Shown: piece after piece, positions 62,131 through 64,000 of the stretch
Position numbering within the stretch: the stretch's first letter is position 1
How the letters are laid out: each line of letters begins with the position of its first letter
Assembly (NCBI GenBank): GCA_951406725.2
Contig: OX597825.1
Span: 75,950,001-76,014,000, forward strand
Origin: Octopus vulgaris
Taxonomy: Eukaryota
DNA: 64,000 nucleotides
Reading direction: 5' to 3'
Notes under the pieces: generated by a model
What the model saw: only the letters and a program-made list of their open reading frames with translations
Databases searched by the model: none
Told to the model about the DNA's origin: nothing
Position numbers and translations under genes: made by a program

Positions 62131-64000
62131 TGTGCCATGAGTGTAGCTGTATAAAGATGTGTAAGAAAGACAGAGAAGAATTGGCCCCCAATACTTGACT
62201 GGTACTTTATCATTGATTCTAAAAGGATGAGAGGCCAAATTGACCTTGGCTGGAGAAGAACCTAGAAGCAGCAATCTGGAATGATTCTGCAAAGCATTCT
62301 GACACTATCTCTGTTAATCAACTACCTTTCATGACAGTACAATTGCATGATTAAATTTGCTTCACAACTACATGGTTCCAGGTTCAGTTTCATGGTGAAG
62401 CACTTAGACACATGTCTTCTACCTATACGCTTGAATGTGTGTGAAATTTTTGGAAACGGAAACTATATTATGAAGTTGAAAGATAACTGTATACTGCTAA
62501 ACTATATTCTTGGAGTTATCTTCCTTGCCAATTTTTTTAAAAAAATTTTATTTTCCAGATTTGTACACTCTTAAGATTTTTGTCATCAAATTGATAGGAT
62601 AATAGCCAATTAAAGAAAACATTGACTAGTTATTGTGAAATTAGAAGAGAAATTCTATCTCTCATTCACACATATAATCAGTGTGAATTACCTCATTGTT
62701 CCTAAACATTTGGCCATTCCGGTTGAACCAACATTCTTTGGATAGGTTTAATGAAGAGATATAACAAGATCGAAATATGCTCATTGCTTTCATCTATTGC
62801 CTAAAAATGCAAGGTTCACTCTTTAACTATACTGGCTTACCTCAATTTGTATTGGTAATTAGTTCCAGGACATGCAACTTAACTTGAAACACTCATGGAA
62901 AACCATTTAAAAAATTTTATCTTATATTTTTTTTTAATAAATGGTTTGTACATAATTTCACATGTATTTTATTTGTTTTTCCATTTGAATTTTGGTTTTT
63001 AGTTGAGTTTTATGCTTTTAATATATTTGCTGAGATTGACAGTCAGAAAAGACAACTTGAAACAACGTAAATTGAGATATACCTGTATTGTCTGAACTCT
63101 GTCAATACAGACCAAGGCATATAATCCATCAAGACCTGATCTCCACAACGCAAACCCTTTAAAACATTCTACAGCCAGAGATTTATTGAAAACTGCTTGA
63201 CCAGAAACATTACAAAACCTCAGGTTTTTACATGAAACCAACAAGTCTTTAATCTAATTCCAGTTATTACACGTTGGTGTGCTGCCAGCCTTATTCTCTT
63301 TCTTTTACAGTACATCATTGTCACTCTCAGTTTGTGAGATATAAACTCCACTTCCCATTTTGTCTCCAACTTCAAAACTTCTAGGATCTTGTTAAACAAC
63401 TGTAATACTGAGCACATGGCTGTTATTAATTACATACAATGTATTTATGAATACACATCCATTCATTTGAATTGGGCAGCATGCCTCGACTAATGAGTCA
63501 TATTGGTCTTTTGGTAGCCAAAATGTTTCATTTGTGCATGCCATGATTACAGTTGATAACAATAGTTTGATTACGGAACAGGTGATCCTGACCACTGAAA
63601 GTTTGTCTGTTCATCTACTCTGCATCTAATGATATTTACCATTCATTCAATAAAATTCACTTGCCAAAATAGTTCTTATACACCATAATTTCAGCATGCC
63701 CCTTCTCTGGTGGTTACATGCTGTCTAACCTATAGCAGGGACCCTGAGAGGTGCTACTTTTCTGGGTCAGACGAGACCTGGGAGTAATAGTGGCTAACGG
63801 GTGGTTTCACATTCCTCAAAATCTTGGAGTGCCCTAACCAAGAGCTCCACTACTGGATGCAGTTTAAAGTCATATCCACATTAAAAACATATTTAGTGCT
63901 GCTGTGTATTTAGCACTGTATTACAATGCAATTAGGCTCTAATATATAATGAAAGACCAACTCTTGATGAAGGAGATCTGTGATCAGTGGCATCCTGTCT

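Noticed and set aside
63000-63620. Possible ancient pogo/Tigger transposase on the minus strand (NLRFCNVSGQAV, PKDQYDSLVEAC)
   Set aside because: Resemblance too faint to support without a profile search; no TIRs or DDD motifs recognised.

Overview
AT-rich, microsatellite- and retroposon-dense animal genomic DNA. The SINE and LINE repertoire points to an octopus (coleoid cephalopod); this is an inference from recognised repeat motifs, not a database result. The only host-gene coding sequence I can support is the terminal SOCS-box exon of a gustavus/SPSB1/4-type gene on the + strand (51985-52115), which the ORF track misses. Positions 1-51984 therefore look like part of one intron of at least 52 kb, and about 52116-55650 looks like the 3' UTR. 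The rest is transposon debris: tRNA-derived SINEs (several with clean target-site duplications, TSDs), RTE and CR1 LINE relics, two DD37D/maT transposase relics, piggyBac-like and Tc1/pogo-like MITEs, an internally deleted Helitron with both ends, a Penelope-like remnant with a decayed hammerhead, minisatellites and microsatellites. The top lead is the SPSB stop codon: its TAG doubles as a plausible in-phase 3' splice acceptor opening a CpG-rich 47-codon acidic frame (a SOCS-less isoform). It is also followed by 44 open codons in the original frame, which would allow readthrough or A-to-I stop-loss. Nearly all ORF-track entries are spurious.
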